A stretch of 64,000 nucleotides of DNA, taken from assembly GCA_041192345.1 (NCBI GenBank), contig JBEEND010000001.1, forward strand, positions 10,915 to 74,914. The letters run 5' to 3'. This DNA is from Actinomycetota bacterium. GTDB lineage: Bacteria; Actinomycetota; Actinomycetes; S36-B12; UBA5976. Below the pieces are notes generated by a model. That model made no database searches, was not told the DNA's origin, and saw only the letters and a list, made by a program, of their open reading frames with translations. Within the stretch, counting starts at the first letter, position 1. Each line of letters opens with the position of its first letter. Of this stretch, positions 1-9,878 are shown in pieces. Both the position numbers and the translations under genes were made by a program.

Positions 1-381
1 AAACTCGCGCACGGCTCCGTCAGTTGCTTTACTAAATATCCCGTCAACCCGATCAAGTGCAAAGCCTAATTCAATAAGTCTTTGTTGTAATTGCGCAACA
101 TCTTCACCATGTATCTGGTGCCCTGGGGTAAAACTTAAAACTCGATCGCCAACGCCCCAGCGAGCTTCCTCTAGTCTGCGAAAAGTTTGCGGACCGACTA
201 AGCCATCGACAGTTAAGCCACGACTTTGTTGAAAATAACGCAGCGCAGCTAACAAGATGTCATCAAAAACATCTGGCGCTGCGCTTACGTTAGAACTCAA
301 AAGTCCCAGGCGGACTAACCGATCCCGAACCTCCATAACGCCAGGTCCTTGATCGCCGATCCGCAGGATCGAAACGCTCAT
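1..381 (-). CDS. cwlM: N-terminal part of a CwlM-like N-acetylmuramoyl-L-alanine amidase (peptidoglycan-binding repeats); the gene runs off the left edge
   Basis: Own translation of the minus strand from ATG at 381-379: MSVSILRIGDQGPGVMEVRDRLVRLGLL...LRYFQQSRGLTVDGLVGPQTFRRLEEARWG...VAQLQQRLIELGFALDRVDGIFSKATDGAVREF. This gives two PG_binding_1-like repeats. The frame is open to position 1, so it is absent from the ORF track. It lies directly downstream of trxB-trxA, as in M. tuberculosis trxB2-trxC-cwlM. Confidence 0.6.
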   Translation of the reverse strand, partial: MSVSILRIGDQGPGVMEVRDRLVRLGLLSSNVSAAPDVFDDILLAALRYFQQSRGLTVDGLVGPQTFRRLEEARWGVGDRVLSFTPGHQIHGEDVAQLQQRLIELGFALDRVDGIFSKATDGAVREF

Positions 382-388
382 ATGAGAC

Positions 389-712
389 TTAAATGTATTC
401 AGCTAAATCTGATAGCAGAGCAGCTTTTGGCTTTGCGCCAATAATCTGCTTAACAACTTCGCCATTGACGTAAACATTCATAGTTGGAATCGAAGAAACA
501 CCGTAGTTGGCGGCGGTTGCAGGATTCTCGTCAACGTTTAGCTTAAGAATTGTTAGTTTGTCACCGTGTGCTGCTGCAATCTCTTCCAAGATTGGACCGA
601 TCATCTTGCACGGACCACACCATTCGGCCCAAAAATCGACCAGCACTGGTTTAGTACTCTTTAGAACATCGTCGGTAAACGATGCATCTGTTACGGCTGC
701 GGTAGCGCCCAT
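389..712 (-). CDS. trxA: thioredoxin
   Basis: 107 aa with the canonical active site FWAEWCGPCK and typical thioredoxin length. Sits downstream of trxB. Confidence 0.95.
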   Translation of the reverse strand: MGATAAVTDASFTDDVLKSTKPVLVDFWAEWCGPCKMIGPILEEIAAAHGDKLTILKLNVDENPATAANYGVSSIPTMNVYVNGEVVKQIIGAKPKAALLSDLAEYI

Positions 713-777
713 GATTACTCCCTTTTTGCGATTGTCTTAAGCCTAAGTGGTGGGGCATCCACAACTTAGGTTATTTA

Positions 778-1719
778 TTATTTACTGTGCAGGCTTGCTA
801 AAAAACGTTCCGCGTCAAGGGCTGCACTACACCCAGTACCGGCAGCCGTGATGGCTTGGCGATAGGTGTGATCCACCAAGTCACCGCAAGCAAATACGCC
901 AGAAAGATTTGTTTCAGTAGATCCAGTTTTAGTTAAGACGTAGCCCGCAGGATCTAGATCTACTTGACCCTTAAGTAACTCTGAGCGTGGATCATGTCCG
1001 ATCGCGACAAATAATCCAGTCACTGCAAGTTCACTTGTCTTACCGGAAGTGATATCGCGAATCGTTAAGCCTGACAATTTTGCATCACCATGCAAATCCG
1101 CAACTTCACTATTCCAAATGAAGTTAATTTTAGGATTATTGTGAGCACGTTCAGCCATGATTTTGCTGGCTCGAAGTTCACCTCGACGATGAATCATAGT
1201 TACACTTTTTGCAAATCGCGTTAGAAAAGTCGCTTCTTCAACAGCCGAGTCGCCACCACCAACGACAGCAATATCTTGATCTCGAAAAAAGAAACCGTCG
1301 CAAGTTGCGCACCAAGAGACGCCATGTCCAGATAGCCGCTTTTCATTTTCTAAACCAAGTTCGCGGTAACTTGAACCTGTCGCGAGAATAACGGAATGCG
1401 CTTGGTGCTCTTTGCCTTCACCATCAATAACTGTCTTTATTTCCTGCGTTAAATTCGCAACAGTGACATCGTCAGTAATTAGATTTGCACCAAATCGAAC
1501 GGCTTGGGCACGCATATTTTCCATCAAAGCTGGTCCCATAATTCCGTCTTCGAAGCCAGGAAAATTCTCTACTTCGGTGGTGTTCATCAGCGCGCCACCA
1601 GCGGTAACAGCGCCTTCAAATACAACTGGCTTCAATTGCGCTCGAGCTGCATAAATCGCCGCGGTATAACCAGCCGGTCCAGAGCCGATGATTATTACGT
1701 CATTAATTGCCTGTGACAT
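778..1719 (-). CDS. trxB: thioredoxin-disulfide reductase
   Basis: 313 aa. FAD motif [12 protein letters not shown], redox-active CATCDG, NADPH motif [12 protein letters not shown]. Confidence 0.95.
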   Translation of the reverse strand: MSQAINDVIIIGSGPAGYTAAIYAARAQLKPVVFEGAVTAGGALMNTTEVENFPGFEDGIMGPALMENMRAQAVRFGANLITDDVTVANLTQEIKTVIDGEGKEHQAHSVILATGSSYRELGLENEKRLSGHGVSWCATCDGFFFRDQDIAVVGGGDSAVEEATFLTRFAKSVTMIHRRGELRASKIMAERAHNNPKINFIWNSEVADLHGDAKLSGLTIRDITSGKTSELAVTGLFVAIGHDPRSELLKGQVDLDPAGYVLTKTGSTETNLSGVFACGDLVDHTYRQAITAAGTGCSAALDAERFLASLHSK

Positions 1720-1802
1720 TGAATTCCCTTAATAGTAGTAATGGGAGTTTATCACTTTTAGATTTGAAGGATTTTACAGTTGCTTTCGCGTGGGGATGCC
1801 GA

Positions 1803-3260
1803 TTAGCGAAATACAGTTATTTCCGCAACCCCACCCTGAAATTTACCAGAATTCGCTTTAGGTAAATCTGGCGTTAACCAAACGATCACGTAACGACCAG
1901 ACAATGGTTCACTTACTAAGACTGAAGCAGTGTTTGTAGAGCCGTCAGTTTCCCCGATTTTGGCAGCAGTTGCGAAATCGGGCGCGGACGTATCTCCAAT
2001 ATAAATTTCGGCAATGTGGCCAGCAGAGATAAATTCCAAGTCAATTTTAGTTACTAACGTTGGGGCGCCAAGGTCAAGGATCAGCCCAACTCCAGATTTA
2101 CTCATATTCGCTTTTCGATATTCCACGGTAGTCCAAGCCGTTTGGGTATCGCCATCAATGGCCAATTGAGCTAAGTCCGCATTCTCACTGTCATCGCCAA
2201 ATGGGTCGTAAGTGGAAATACCTGAAATTACTGCTTTCTCACCTGTTCCCGTTGGAGCAGTAATTTCGATACTCGGTAGCGGCGCATTAATACTGTCAGC
2301 GACTGAATCAGCTGTTTTAAAATTACTCGTTAGCAGTTGCCAACCGATCCAGCCAAAAATTGCAACCGCTAAAGCAGCTACTGCAACTACTTTGAATCGA
2401 CTCGCAGTGCTCCCATCCTCTGGGTGCCAAGTTACTGAGCTGGCAGTAAAACGAGTAACTCGCGCTTGCAAGTTTTCGACAACTTCAACTTCACCTACAG
2501 AAAGGGCATCAATAAGTTGGCGCATTGAGGAATATTCACCCGTTTGCGTACGCCGGTATATTTGATCAATTCCAGTTCGAATACCGCCATGAACCTCACT
2601 TGGTAAAACCAAGGTCGTATCGCTGGATGATTGAGCTGCCGGAAGAGAATCCACACTTACCAGAGGCCACATCCCGGTAACCATCACAAATAATAAATTG
2701 CCAACACCCTTGATGTCTTGCTGGACACCATTTGTTGAATCTGATCCCATCAGAGCACTGTCTAAACCAAAGCCACTGAGTCGAACATTTTGACCCTCAG
2801 AAAAAATTAAGTTGTGCGGACGCAGTCGTCCATGAAATATGTTTAGGGAATGGGCGTAGGCGAGGGTATTAGCTATGATTCCAACTTGCTTTAATGCAGT
2901 TTCACCATCAATTACTTCGCCACGTTTAACTAATAGTTGATCTAGCGACTCACCATCGAGCCACTCAAAAACAATTCCAACGTAAGACTCTAGGGAATCA
3001 TTTAAGGAATCCCCAGTTATAGTTCCTGAAGAAATTACATCCAAGATTGCGATTACATCACGTCTGTCATTGGCCGCAGCGCGTTGGCACTCTTGCAATA
3101 ATTTCACGCTACGCAGATCAGAAGTTGGAAGCAAAACCAGAGTCACCCAGCGTTTAAGCAATAGATCCATGGCTCGCCACATGGGAGAACTGAGCGAACT
3201 AGCGATTTGAACGTCTAGTTTGTATTGACCAGCGAAGATCCGCTGCCCGTCACTACTCAT
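1803..3260 (-). CDS. stand-alone pseudokinase, single TM helix and extracellular discoidin/carbohydrate-binding-like domain (equivalent to the C-terminal half of mycobacterial MviN)
   Basis: 485 aa. The kinase-like fold has degenerate motifs: no GxGxxG loop, FHGRLRPHNL in place of HRDxKPxN, and GFG in place of DFG. TM segment VVAVAALAVAIFGWIGWQLL. The C-terminal segment (IDGDTQTAWTT...GRYVIVWLT) resembles an F5/8-type-C beta-sandwich. Starts 17 nt downstream of the murJ stop. Confidence 0.7.
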   Translation of the reverse strand: MSSDGQRIFAGQYKLDVQIASSLSSPMWRAMDLLLKRWVTLVLLPTSDLRSVKLLQECQRAAANDRRDVIAILDVISSGTITGDSLNDSLESYVGIVFEWLDGESLDQLLVKRGEVIDGETALKQVGIIANTLAYAHSLNIFHGRLRPHNLIFSEGQNVRLSGFGLDSALMGSDSTNGVQQDIKGVGNLLFVMVTGMWPLVSVDSLPAAQSSSDTTLVLPSEVHGGIRTGIDQIYRRTQTGEYSSMRQLIDALSVGEVEVVENLQARVTRFTASSVTWHPEDGSTASRFKVVAVAALAVAIFGWIGWQLLTSNFKTADSVADSINAPLPSIEITAPTGTGEKAVISGISTYDPFGDDSENADLAQLAIDGDTQTAWTTVEYRKANMSKSGVGLILDLGAPTLVTKIDLEFISAGHIAEIYIGDTSAPDFATAAKIGETDGSTNTASVLVSEPLSGRYVIVWLTPDLPKANSGKFQGGVAEITVFR

Positions 3261-3277
3261 GTCGTAATTGTAGTTGG

Positions 3278-4894
3278 CTACTTTCGGCGCACTAAGGCCA
3301 GGACTGCCGATACTTCAGAGATTCGAAAAAGTTTCGCAAGTGCTAAATAAGAAACAGAAAAACCAGCAGCAAAACTTGCGATCGCAAGTCCAAGGCGAAG
3401 GGCAGTTATCCCAGGCTCGTTCACAATAGTTAACCGAACCAACAAGTAGGAAGCTGTGGCTGCGAGAATTCCCGCAACACTGACCCGAATTAGTAAACGT
3501 AAATGTCCATTGTTTCGAAGGGCTGTGACGGTTTTACCCACGCGCCACCAAGTAAATGCGCAAGTTAGAACGTAGGAAATCGAGTAACCGAGAGCTAGCC
3601 CAGCAACTTTGTATTGCTGTGGTAGCAGGGCAAACAAACTAAATCCGATTGCTATATGCAACCCATTGAAACCCAAGTTGATAAAGAACGGGGTTTTGGT
3701 ATTTTCTTTGGCGTAGTAGCTTCGCAACAAAACATAAAATAACGAAAATGCTGGCAACCCCAATGCGAACATGGAGGCAATCGCACCCAGGGCAGCTCCT
3801 TGCGCAAAAGTAGATGCACCATATCCATACAACAGAGCACCAAGCCATGGTCCAGATACCAAAATAAAAATTGCGCTAGGAACTATCAAGGCAGTAACTA
3901 GCCGCAATGAAGCAGAAAGCTCGCTACCAAAAGAATCGTCATCACTGTCATGAGCTTGCTTACTTAAACGCGGAAGTAACGCGGTGATAACAGAAACAGT
4001 GATGATTGAGTGTGGCAACATCATCATAAGTTGAGCTTTTTGGTAGGAAGTAAAACCAACTGCAACAACGCTTGGATCAGTGGACACGAGAACGTTTGCC
4101 AAGGTCGTCAAATTTGAAACTAACAAGAAGGTAACTTGATTTACTAAGACAAAGCCAATAGTCCATTTGGCAAGATTTCCAATTTTGCTATTGCCCACAT
4201 TTCTGAATTTGAAATTTGGTTTATAGCGGTAGCCAACTTTTCGTAGCGCTGGAATTAAAATCAACGCCTGAGCCATAACGCCCAGCGTGGTGCCAAAACC
4301 TAATAAATTAATTTGCGCCGCCGTAATAGTTTGCGCATTTGGGACGCCAGACATTATCGAAATAAAAATCAGTGCAGTACCGATGACAACAACGTTGTTT
4401 GCAATTGGTGCGTACATAGGTAAAGCAAATGCGTTTCGAGAGTTTAGGATCTGCGAAGCCAAAGTGTATAAACCATAAAACAAAATTTGCGGCAGACACC
4501 AGCGGGCAAACATAGTTGCGACATCAAATTCCTGCGGTGTCCACAAACTAGTCGCGTATAAATGAATTATTAAACCACCAGCGATTACCGTAAGAACCAC
4601 TATCGCGATGAGTATTAAACCAACCAGGGTCAGGAGTTGGTCAGTGAATTGCTTGCCGACATCAGCATCATCTTCCATGTGACGAATCAACGCCGGAATA
4701 AATACTGAGTTGATCGCACCACCAGCAATCAATATGTAGATTATGTTCGGGATGCTATTAGCGACTGAGTAAGTATCAGAAAAAATTCCAGTTCCAATAG
4801 CGGCTACTAAGGCAATGTCGCGGATCACACCCGTAAGACGACTTGCCAGAGTTCCAGCAGCCATGCCAGAAGTTTGACCCAAAAAGGATGACAC
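3278..4894 (-). CDS. murJ: lipid II flippase MurJ/MviN (core transporter only)
   Basis: 538 aa polytopic membrane protein. N-terminal MurJ signature AAGTLASRLTGVIRDIALVAAIG. Conserved synteny with trxB and cca. Confidence 0.9.
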   Translation of the reverse strand: MSSFLGQTSGMAAGTLASRLTGVIRDIALVAAIGTGIFSDTYSVANSIPNIIYILIAGGAINSVFIPALIRHMEDDADVGKQFTDQLLTLVGLILIAIVVLTVIAGGLIIHLYATSLWTPQEFDVATMFARWCLPQILFYGLYTLASQILNSRNAFALPMYAPIANNVVVIGTALIFISIMSGVPNAQTITAAQINLLGFGTTLGVMAQALILIPALRKVGYRYKPNFKFRNVGNSKIGNLAKWTIGFVLVNQVTFLLVSNLTTLANVLVSTDPSVVAVGFTSYQKAQLMMMLPHSIITVSVITALLPRLSKQAHDSDDDSFGSELSASLRLVTALIVPSAIFILVSGPWLGALLYGYGASTFAQGAALGAIASMFALGLPAFSLFYVLLRSYYAKENTKTPFFINLGFNGLHIAIGFSLFALLPQQYKVAGLALGYSISYVLTCAFTWWRVGKTVTALRNNGHLRLLIRVSVAGILAATASYLLVRLTIVNEPGITALRLGLAIASFAAGFSVSYLALAKLFRISEVSAVLALVRRK

Positions 4895-4909
4895 TTGCTT
4901 AACTACCGC

Positions 4910-6955
4910 CTATTCAGTACTTAATTGGTTAGCTTTAGCAAGGCGATTTTCCTTGCGTCGCTTAACAAAATTACCCAGCGCAAGTGCAAGTAATAACCCA
5001 AAAGCACCTAACACCAGAGTACGGGCGAACTGACTATAAGCCGCTGAAGAGATTTGGATTTCTTTACCCGCACCAAACCGCTCGCCATTTGGCGCGATTA
5101 GTTGAGCGCGCACAGTTACGATGCCAGCGCCAATTAGCGATATTGAGACTGGAACTGTAACTCGTTGACCTGGCGCAACTAATACAAGACCAGTGGGTTG
5201 CGCCGAAAACCGTGAGGCTGCTGAGCTGGTTAATTCTAGACTTACTGAAACATCGCGATCGCTAGAGTTCACAATAGTGATTGGAATTTGCGAATTTGCC
5301 TGCGGCGTAGTGATTTGCGTGGATGCTTCCAATGAAATTGCATCAAGATACTCATTTAGTAATTTTGCGTTTTGCTCAAGATACAAACTAGCCTGCGCAT
5401 TAGAGGGCCAAAGGTCGGAGTAACCAAGTAGCCGAGCCGTTGTAAAACTTGCTGCCAACTCTGGATCGTTGTAGAGCGCAGAAACACTATCTGTATTTGT
5501 TTTCACTTCGTTAGAAAGTCGAAGTAAGGTGCGACTGAAGCTTCGTGAGTTAACTTTATTTAACGCGATAAAACTTTCAGCAGTTTCTTGTGCGGCAATT
5601 TCTTGCAATGGGGCCAACTGCATCCAATTGTGGTTACTTAGCTGTAAAAGTAATTCATTAAGTCCAAGACTGGAAATCTTCCAATTGGGTGGCGCCAAAA
5701 CAATGATTGAGCGAGCAATTTGTGGTGACTCAGCGGTTATCATTCCTATCTCGGCCTTAATGCAGGTCGTTGCACGGAAAAAACTACTTTCAATATTTTC
5801 CATGTCCGCCAAACAATTTGATGCTGCAACATCAAATACCAGAACTTGATTAGAAGAAGATGTTACTGAGGCAGGGGTAGTTACGCGCTCACTATCATGA
5901 ATCGACTCATTGGAAATAATAGACTTAATGCCTAGTTGATTTAGCAGGGCAGTTGCAGGGCGATCTGACTCACCACTTATCGGAGTGTAGAAAATCGGAC
6001 CACCGGCACCGGTTTGTAAAGTTCGAGTGATAATTTCGCTAACTTCAGTTTGCTTACCAGCTCTCACCAATGCCGAGAGATCAGCATGGCCATAAGGAAG
6101 TACCGGGGCGCCAACTGGCAAAGTCGCTAGCGCAGCAACCAACTCTTTTGAGCTGGCCGTATCAGTATTAGTTACCAAGTTATTTGCCCAAGTAGAAATT
6201 GCTGAATCTACCAACCAGGAAACTGTGGAATTGCCTTGACTTCTCACCAGCGCAGACAATCTATCGGCTTCATTTAAATCTGTATTGGCATCAGATGATT
6301 TGCCGTTTGCTAAATTTGTACTAAGTGTCGTCAACGGAACCGCCAAAACTACTTTTGTAGGTTGCACGGCAGAGTTAAAAAACCACGGAATCGCGATTGC
6401 GGCACTTGGCCCGTAGTCACTCGATTGCGGGGCTAATCCAATTGCAAACACCCCAGAGGCAGCAGTGCCCAGTACTTTTTCGCCGCGAAATGTTACTTGC
6501 CAAGTTTTTGTGACGCCAGGAGCCAGATTGCGTAATCGGGCAGAGACTCCCGTTGTAGATATCGCCAGGTCGTTGAAGCTAGCGGGCTCGCTTAGCAATT
6601 CCCCGAGTTGTGTCCGGTTAGCAATTGGTCCAAAAATTGCTAGGTCCAAATTCAAGTCTGATATGTAGGTGTCGGAAGTATTTTTATATGTTCCCCGCAA
6701 GGTGACTAAGTGCTCAGGTGGTGCGGGCAGAACTTGGGTTTGAATTGGCGTGATTACATAACTAGAGAACGCAATTGGATCATTTGGCGCAGCACTTGCC
6801 GAGGTGGCGCTCAGTCCAAGGTTTGTCATTGCAAACAAAGTGACAATAAATGCTGGCAACACTCGCGCTTGTCGAAGTTGCAACCGGTTCACCACCTCAG
6901 AATACCCATAATTAACGCCGTTATTCAGGACTACATCTAGGCTAGGTGCAGTCAT
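4910..6955 (-). CDS. large secreted/membrane-anchored conserved actinobacterial protein (DUF6049 / Rv3909-like)
   Basis: ORF-track frame 4910..7039. It has an N-terminal hydrophobic signal-like segment (VLPAFIVTLFAMTNLGLSATSASAAP) and a C-terminal TM anchor with a basic tail (LVLGAFGLLLALALGNFVKRRKENR). It sits next to murJ like Rv3909. The TTG start at 7039 would overlap the divergent cca ORF, so the ATG at 6955 (GGGGA upstream) is preferred. The start remains uncertain. Confidence 0.6.
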   Translation of the reverse strand: MTAPSLDVVLNNGVNYGYSEVVNRLQLRQARVLPAFIVTLFAMTNLGLSATSASAAPNDPIAFSSYVITPIQTQVLPAPPEHLVTLRGTYKNTSDTYISDLNLDLAIFGPIANRTQLGELLSEPASFNDLAISTTGVSARLRNLAPGVTKTWQVTFRGEKVLGTAASGVFAIGLAPQSSDYGPSAAIAIPWFFNSAVQPTKVVLAVPLTTLSTNLANGKSSDANTDLNEADRLSALVRSQGNSTVSWLVDSAISTWANNLVTNTDTASSKELVAALATLPVGAPVLPYGHADLSALVRAGKQTEVSEIITRTLQTGAGGPIFYTPISGESDRPATALLNQLGIKSIISNESIHDSERVTTPASVTSSSNQVLVFDVAASNCLADMENIESSFFRATTCIKAEIGMITAESPQIARSIIVLAPPNWKISSLGLNELLLQLSNHNWMQLAPLQEIAAQETAESFIALNKVNSRSFSRTLLRLSNEVKTNTDSVSALYNDPELAASFTTARLLGYSDLWPSNAQASLYLEQNAKLLNEYLDAISLEASTQITTPQANSQIPITIVNSSDRDVSVSLELTSSAASRFSAQPTGLVLVAPGQRVTVPVSISLIGAGIVTVRAQLIAPNGERFGAGKEIQISSAAYSQFARTLVLGAFGLLLALALGNFVKRRKENRLAKANQLSTE

Positions 6956-8393
6956 GAATACTTTGTCCCCGCATAGCGTTGCAGCAGGTGTGGTTACCTC
7001 GGCTGCGCGCGCGATGCCTGATGTCATGGAATTGGCCAAGGCATTTCAATCTGCCGGATTTGAGTTGGCGTTAGTAGGCGGATCAGTTCGAGATTTAATT
7101 CTTGCGAGGCCAATCACTGATTTAGATTTCACAACAAATGCAACCCCGGAGCAAATTAATGATGTTGTGAAGTCATGGGCAGACACGATCTGGGATGTTG
7201 GTATTGCTTTTGGCACAGTTGGTGTGCGCCGAAATGATTTTAAAGCCGAAATAACAACGTATCGCTCAGAGATTTATCGAGATGAAAGTCGAAAGCCCGA
7301 AGTATCCTTTGGAACCACACTTGAGGCAGATTTACTTCGACGCGACTTTACAATCAACGCGCTTGCAGTTCGCTTGCCAGAACTTGAATTTGTCGACTTG
7401 TTTGATGGCGTCAGCGATTTATCTAAGAAGTTGATCCGCACACCACGAGAACCGGAACTTTCATTCTCTGATGATCCGCTGCGCATGATGCGTGCTGCCA
7501 GGTTTGCAAGCCAGCTCGGCTTTACCCCAGTCGTAGATTTATTAATTGCCGCCACTGACATGGCGCAGCGCATAGAAATCGTGTCGGCGGAGCGCATCCG
7601 TGATGAATTCAGCAAATTAATTATGGGTGAGTTTCCTGCTGTTGGATTAGACATTCTTGATGGCACAAAACTTTCAGAATACCTTATCCCAGAGTTGCCT
7701 GCGCTCCAGCTGGAAATAGATGAACACCACAAACATAAAGACGTTTACGAACACAGCTTAATTGTTTTACAACAAGCAATCGCTCTAGAATCCACACACC
7801 TACCCCAATCACAGCCAGATCTGGTTTTGCGTTTAGCAGCACTGCTTCACGATATAGGTAAACCAAAAACTCGTAGATTCGAATCAGGTGGCGGCGTGAG
7901 CTTTCACCACCATGAAGTAGTTGGCGCAAAAATTGCTCGCAAACGCTTGATCGCAATGCGTTACCCAACCGAAATTGTGGATGCAGTCTGCCAACTAACT
8001 GAGTTACACCTGCGCTTCCATGGATACGGACAAGGTCAATGGACTGATTCCGCAGTTCGTCGGTATGTCCGAGACGCGGGAGATCATCTAGTTAGATTGC
8101 ACAAACTTACGCGCGCAGACTGCACGACGAGAAATGCCAGGCGGGCAGCAGTATTGGCTGCCACATATGACGATTTGGAACATCGAATCGCGGTGCTAAG
8201 CGAACAAGAGGAACTTAATTCCATTCGCCCAGATCTGGATGGCAACGACATCATGGAGATCTTGCAAGTTCCAGGCGGCCCAATTGTTGGTGCGGCTTAC
8301 AACTACTTACTTGAAATTCGCCTTGATCAAGGTCCAATTACCCGCGAAGCAGCAATTGAACATCTACTGACTTGGTGGAAAAGCCAAGAATAG
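6954..8393 (+). CDS. cca: CCA tRNA nucleotidyltransferase / poly(A) polymerase family protein with HD domain
   Basis: 479-aa ORF. Nucleotidyltransferase head motif LALVGGSVRDLIL...DLDFTT and HD motif LLHDIGKP. Alternative in-frame starts at 7014 and 7026 would remove the 5' overlap with the divergent gene. Confidence 0.85.
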   Translation: MNTLSPHSVAAGVVTSAARAMPDVMELAKAFQSAGFELALVGGSVRDLILARPITDLDFTTNATPEQINDVVKSWADTIWDVGIAFGTVGVRRNDFKAEITTYRSEIYRDESRKPEVSFGTTLEADLLRRDFTINALAVRLPELEFVDLFDGVSDLSKKLIRTPREPELSFSDDPLRMMRAARFASQLGFTPVVDLLIAATDMAQRIEIVSAERIRDEFSKLIMGEFPAVGLDILDGTKLSEYLIPELPALQLEIDEHHKHKDVYEHSLIVLQQAIALESTHLPQSQPDLVLRLAALLHDIGKPKTRRFESGGGVSFHHHEVVGAKIARKRLIAMRYPTEIVDAVCQLTELHLRFHGYGQGQWTDSAVRRYVRDAGDHLVRLHKLTRADCTTRNARRAAVLAATYDDLEHRIAVLSEQEELNSIRPDLDGNDIMEILQVPGGPIVGAAYNYLLEIRLDQGPITREAAIEHLLTWWKSQE

Positions 8394-8395
8394 TT

Positions 8396-9733
8396 TTAAG
8401 ACGATTGCTTACGATATTTAGTGAATAGAAATATCGACAAACCGGTACTCGCACTCAGCAAAATCACAGAGTAACTTCCACCGATGTTTACATTTTCTCT
8501 GGCAGCCTCAATCAACGAATACGTAGTTATGCCAATAACTAATGCCACGTTTATCATCATGTCAAAAATAGAGAACACTCGACCACGATGTGCATCATCG
8601 ATAGTACGTTGAATTGTAGTGTCGGCATTTATCTTAAGTAGTTGCCCTGCGAAACCTAAAGTGGCCGCAGCTATCCAGATAGCTGTCAGCGTTCCAATTT
8701 GGTATCCAATAAATGTCACAACGGCGCTGGTAGCAACAGCAACTGACATCGCTGCAATTAAATGTACTTGGCGATGTGGTTTTATTACTTTTGTCTCAAC
8801 CGTTGCATCGGTTTTGTCACTCAATAAGAAAGTACTCAAAATTGCTGCAGTGAAGGCACCTAATGCCGCAGCGCCAGCGACTAAACCGAAATCAAGTACT
8901 GCCTGATCTGCATTGGCATTGGTGTGCCACGAGTTGCGAGAGAGCAACAGAACATGGACTGTCAATGCCCCAAAAGCCCAGCGCTGAAAAGCTACAGCAA
9001 ACATACTGCTTAAAACTCGACCTGAGCGAGCCATGTATGTAAAGCCTGCAACGAGGCCCACAAGAGCATTTCGTAATTCGTCGCGCATCGCTGATTCATT
9101 AATGTCTGGCCCGAGAATGTGTTTTGGCTTAATACGCGATGCGATTAATGCAGCGATACCGGCGCAGACTGCGCCAAGCCCAACCAAGGCGGCATTAATT
9201 GTGTCTGAGTTTGAAAAGACAGTCTGTGTCGCAATTCCAAAGGCAGCAGCCAGCGCAGCAGCAGTGGTTCCAAGCGTTGGGAACAAAGCATTTGCCGGCA
9301 CCAGGTCTTCACTCTTAACAACGTGTGGCAGTGAGGCCGATAATGAAGCTTGCACAAATCTATTTACCCCGAGGCTGATAAGCACCAAAATGGCAAGCAA
9401 AGTATTCGGCGAATGGCCAGTAATTACAACCGCAATTGCGAGCATAGTTACGATTCGAACTAAATTCGCTCGAAGCAAGATAGTGCGCCGCGACCAACGA
9501 TCGATCAAGACGCCCACAAAAGGTCCGATAACTGAATACGGAAGCAGCAGAATTCCAAAGGCTAATGCGATCTTGCGAGGATCTGACTCTCGTTGGGGTG
9601 AGAATAAAACAAATGTGGCAAGCGCCGTTTGTAGCAAGCCATCGCCAGCTTGGCCAAAGATGCGCACACCAAGTAGTTCCCGCGCATTTGGATGGCGGAT
9701 AAAAGAAACGGCGCGAAGGCCGGGAATTCTCAC
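8396..9733 (-). CDS. MFS transporter
   Basis: 445 aa, about 12 hydrophobic helices, MFS-like loop motif GVLIDRWSRR. Confidence 0.8.
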   Translation of the reverse strand: MRIPGLRAVSFIRHPNARELLGVRIFGQAGDGLLQTALATFVLFSPQRESDPRKIALAFGILLLPYSVIGPFVGVLIDRWSRRTILLRANLVRIVTMLAIAVVITGHSPNTLLAILVLISLGVNRFVQASLSASLPHVVKSEDLVPANALFPTLGTTAAALAAAFGIATQTVFSNSDTINAALVGLGAVCAGIAALIASRIKPKHILGPDINESAMRDELRNALVGLVAGFTYMARSGRVLSSMFAVAFQRWAFGALTVHVLLLSRNSWHTNANADQAVLDFGLVAGAAALGAFTAAILSTFLLSDKTDATVETKVIKPHRQVHLIAAMSVAVATSAVVTFIGYQIGTLTAIWIAAATLGFAGQLLKINADTTIQRTIDDAHRGRVFSIFDMMINVALVIGITTYSLIEAARENVNIGGSYSVILLSASTGLSIFLFTKYRKQSS

Positions 9734-9780
9734 TTAAGTTACGCTACCGCCAACTCAAAGAAATGTTGGGCTCTAGCAAG

Positions 9781-9823
9781 TTTAAAAACCTGTGGGCCAC
9801 CAGTTGTACTGGTGGCCCACAGG
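9781..9823 (-). terminator. rho-independent terminator downstream of ino1
   Basis: Perfect 15-bp stem CCTGTGGGCCACCAG / CTGGTGGCCCACAGG (9789-9823) with loop TTGTA. On the minus strand it is followed by TTTTTAAA. Confidence 0.8.
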
Positions 9824-9878
9824 TTAGGAGGCTGCTTTTGTTCGATCTAAACAATTAGCATCGAGGTTCTAGTGCTGA

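Noticed and set aside
9033-9737. 234-aa plus-strand ORF antisense to the MFS transporter gene. Similar long antisense ORFs occur at 20964-21491, 22884-23366, 24263-24805, 40493-41029, 55640-56116 and 59553-60053.
   Set aside because: These are shadow ORFs opposite well-supported genes. Their products are low-complexity Ala/Ser/Pro/Arg-rich with no recognisable motifs and no RBS. This is typical of the antisense frame of GC3-biased coding sequence.
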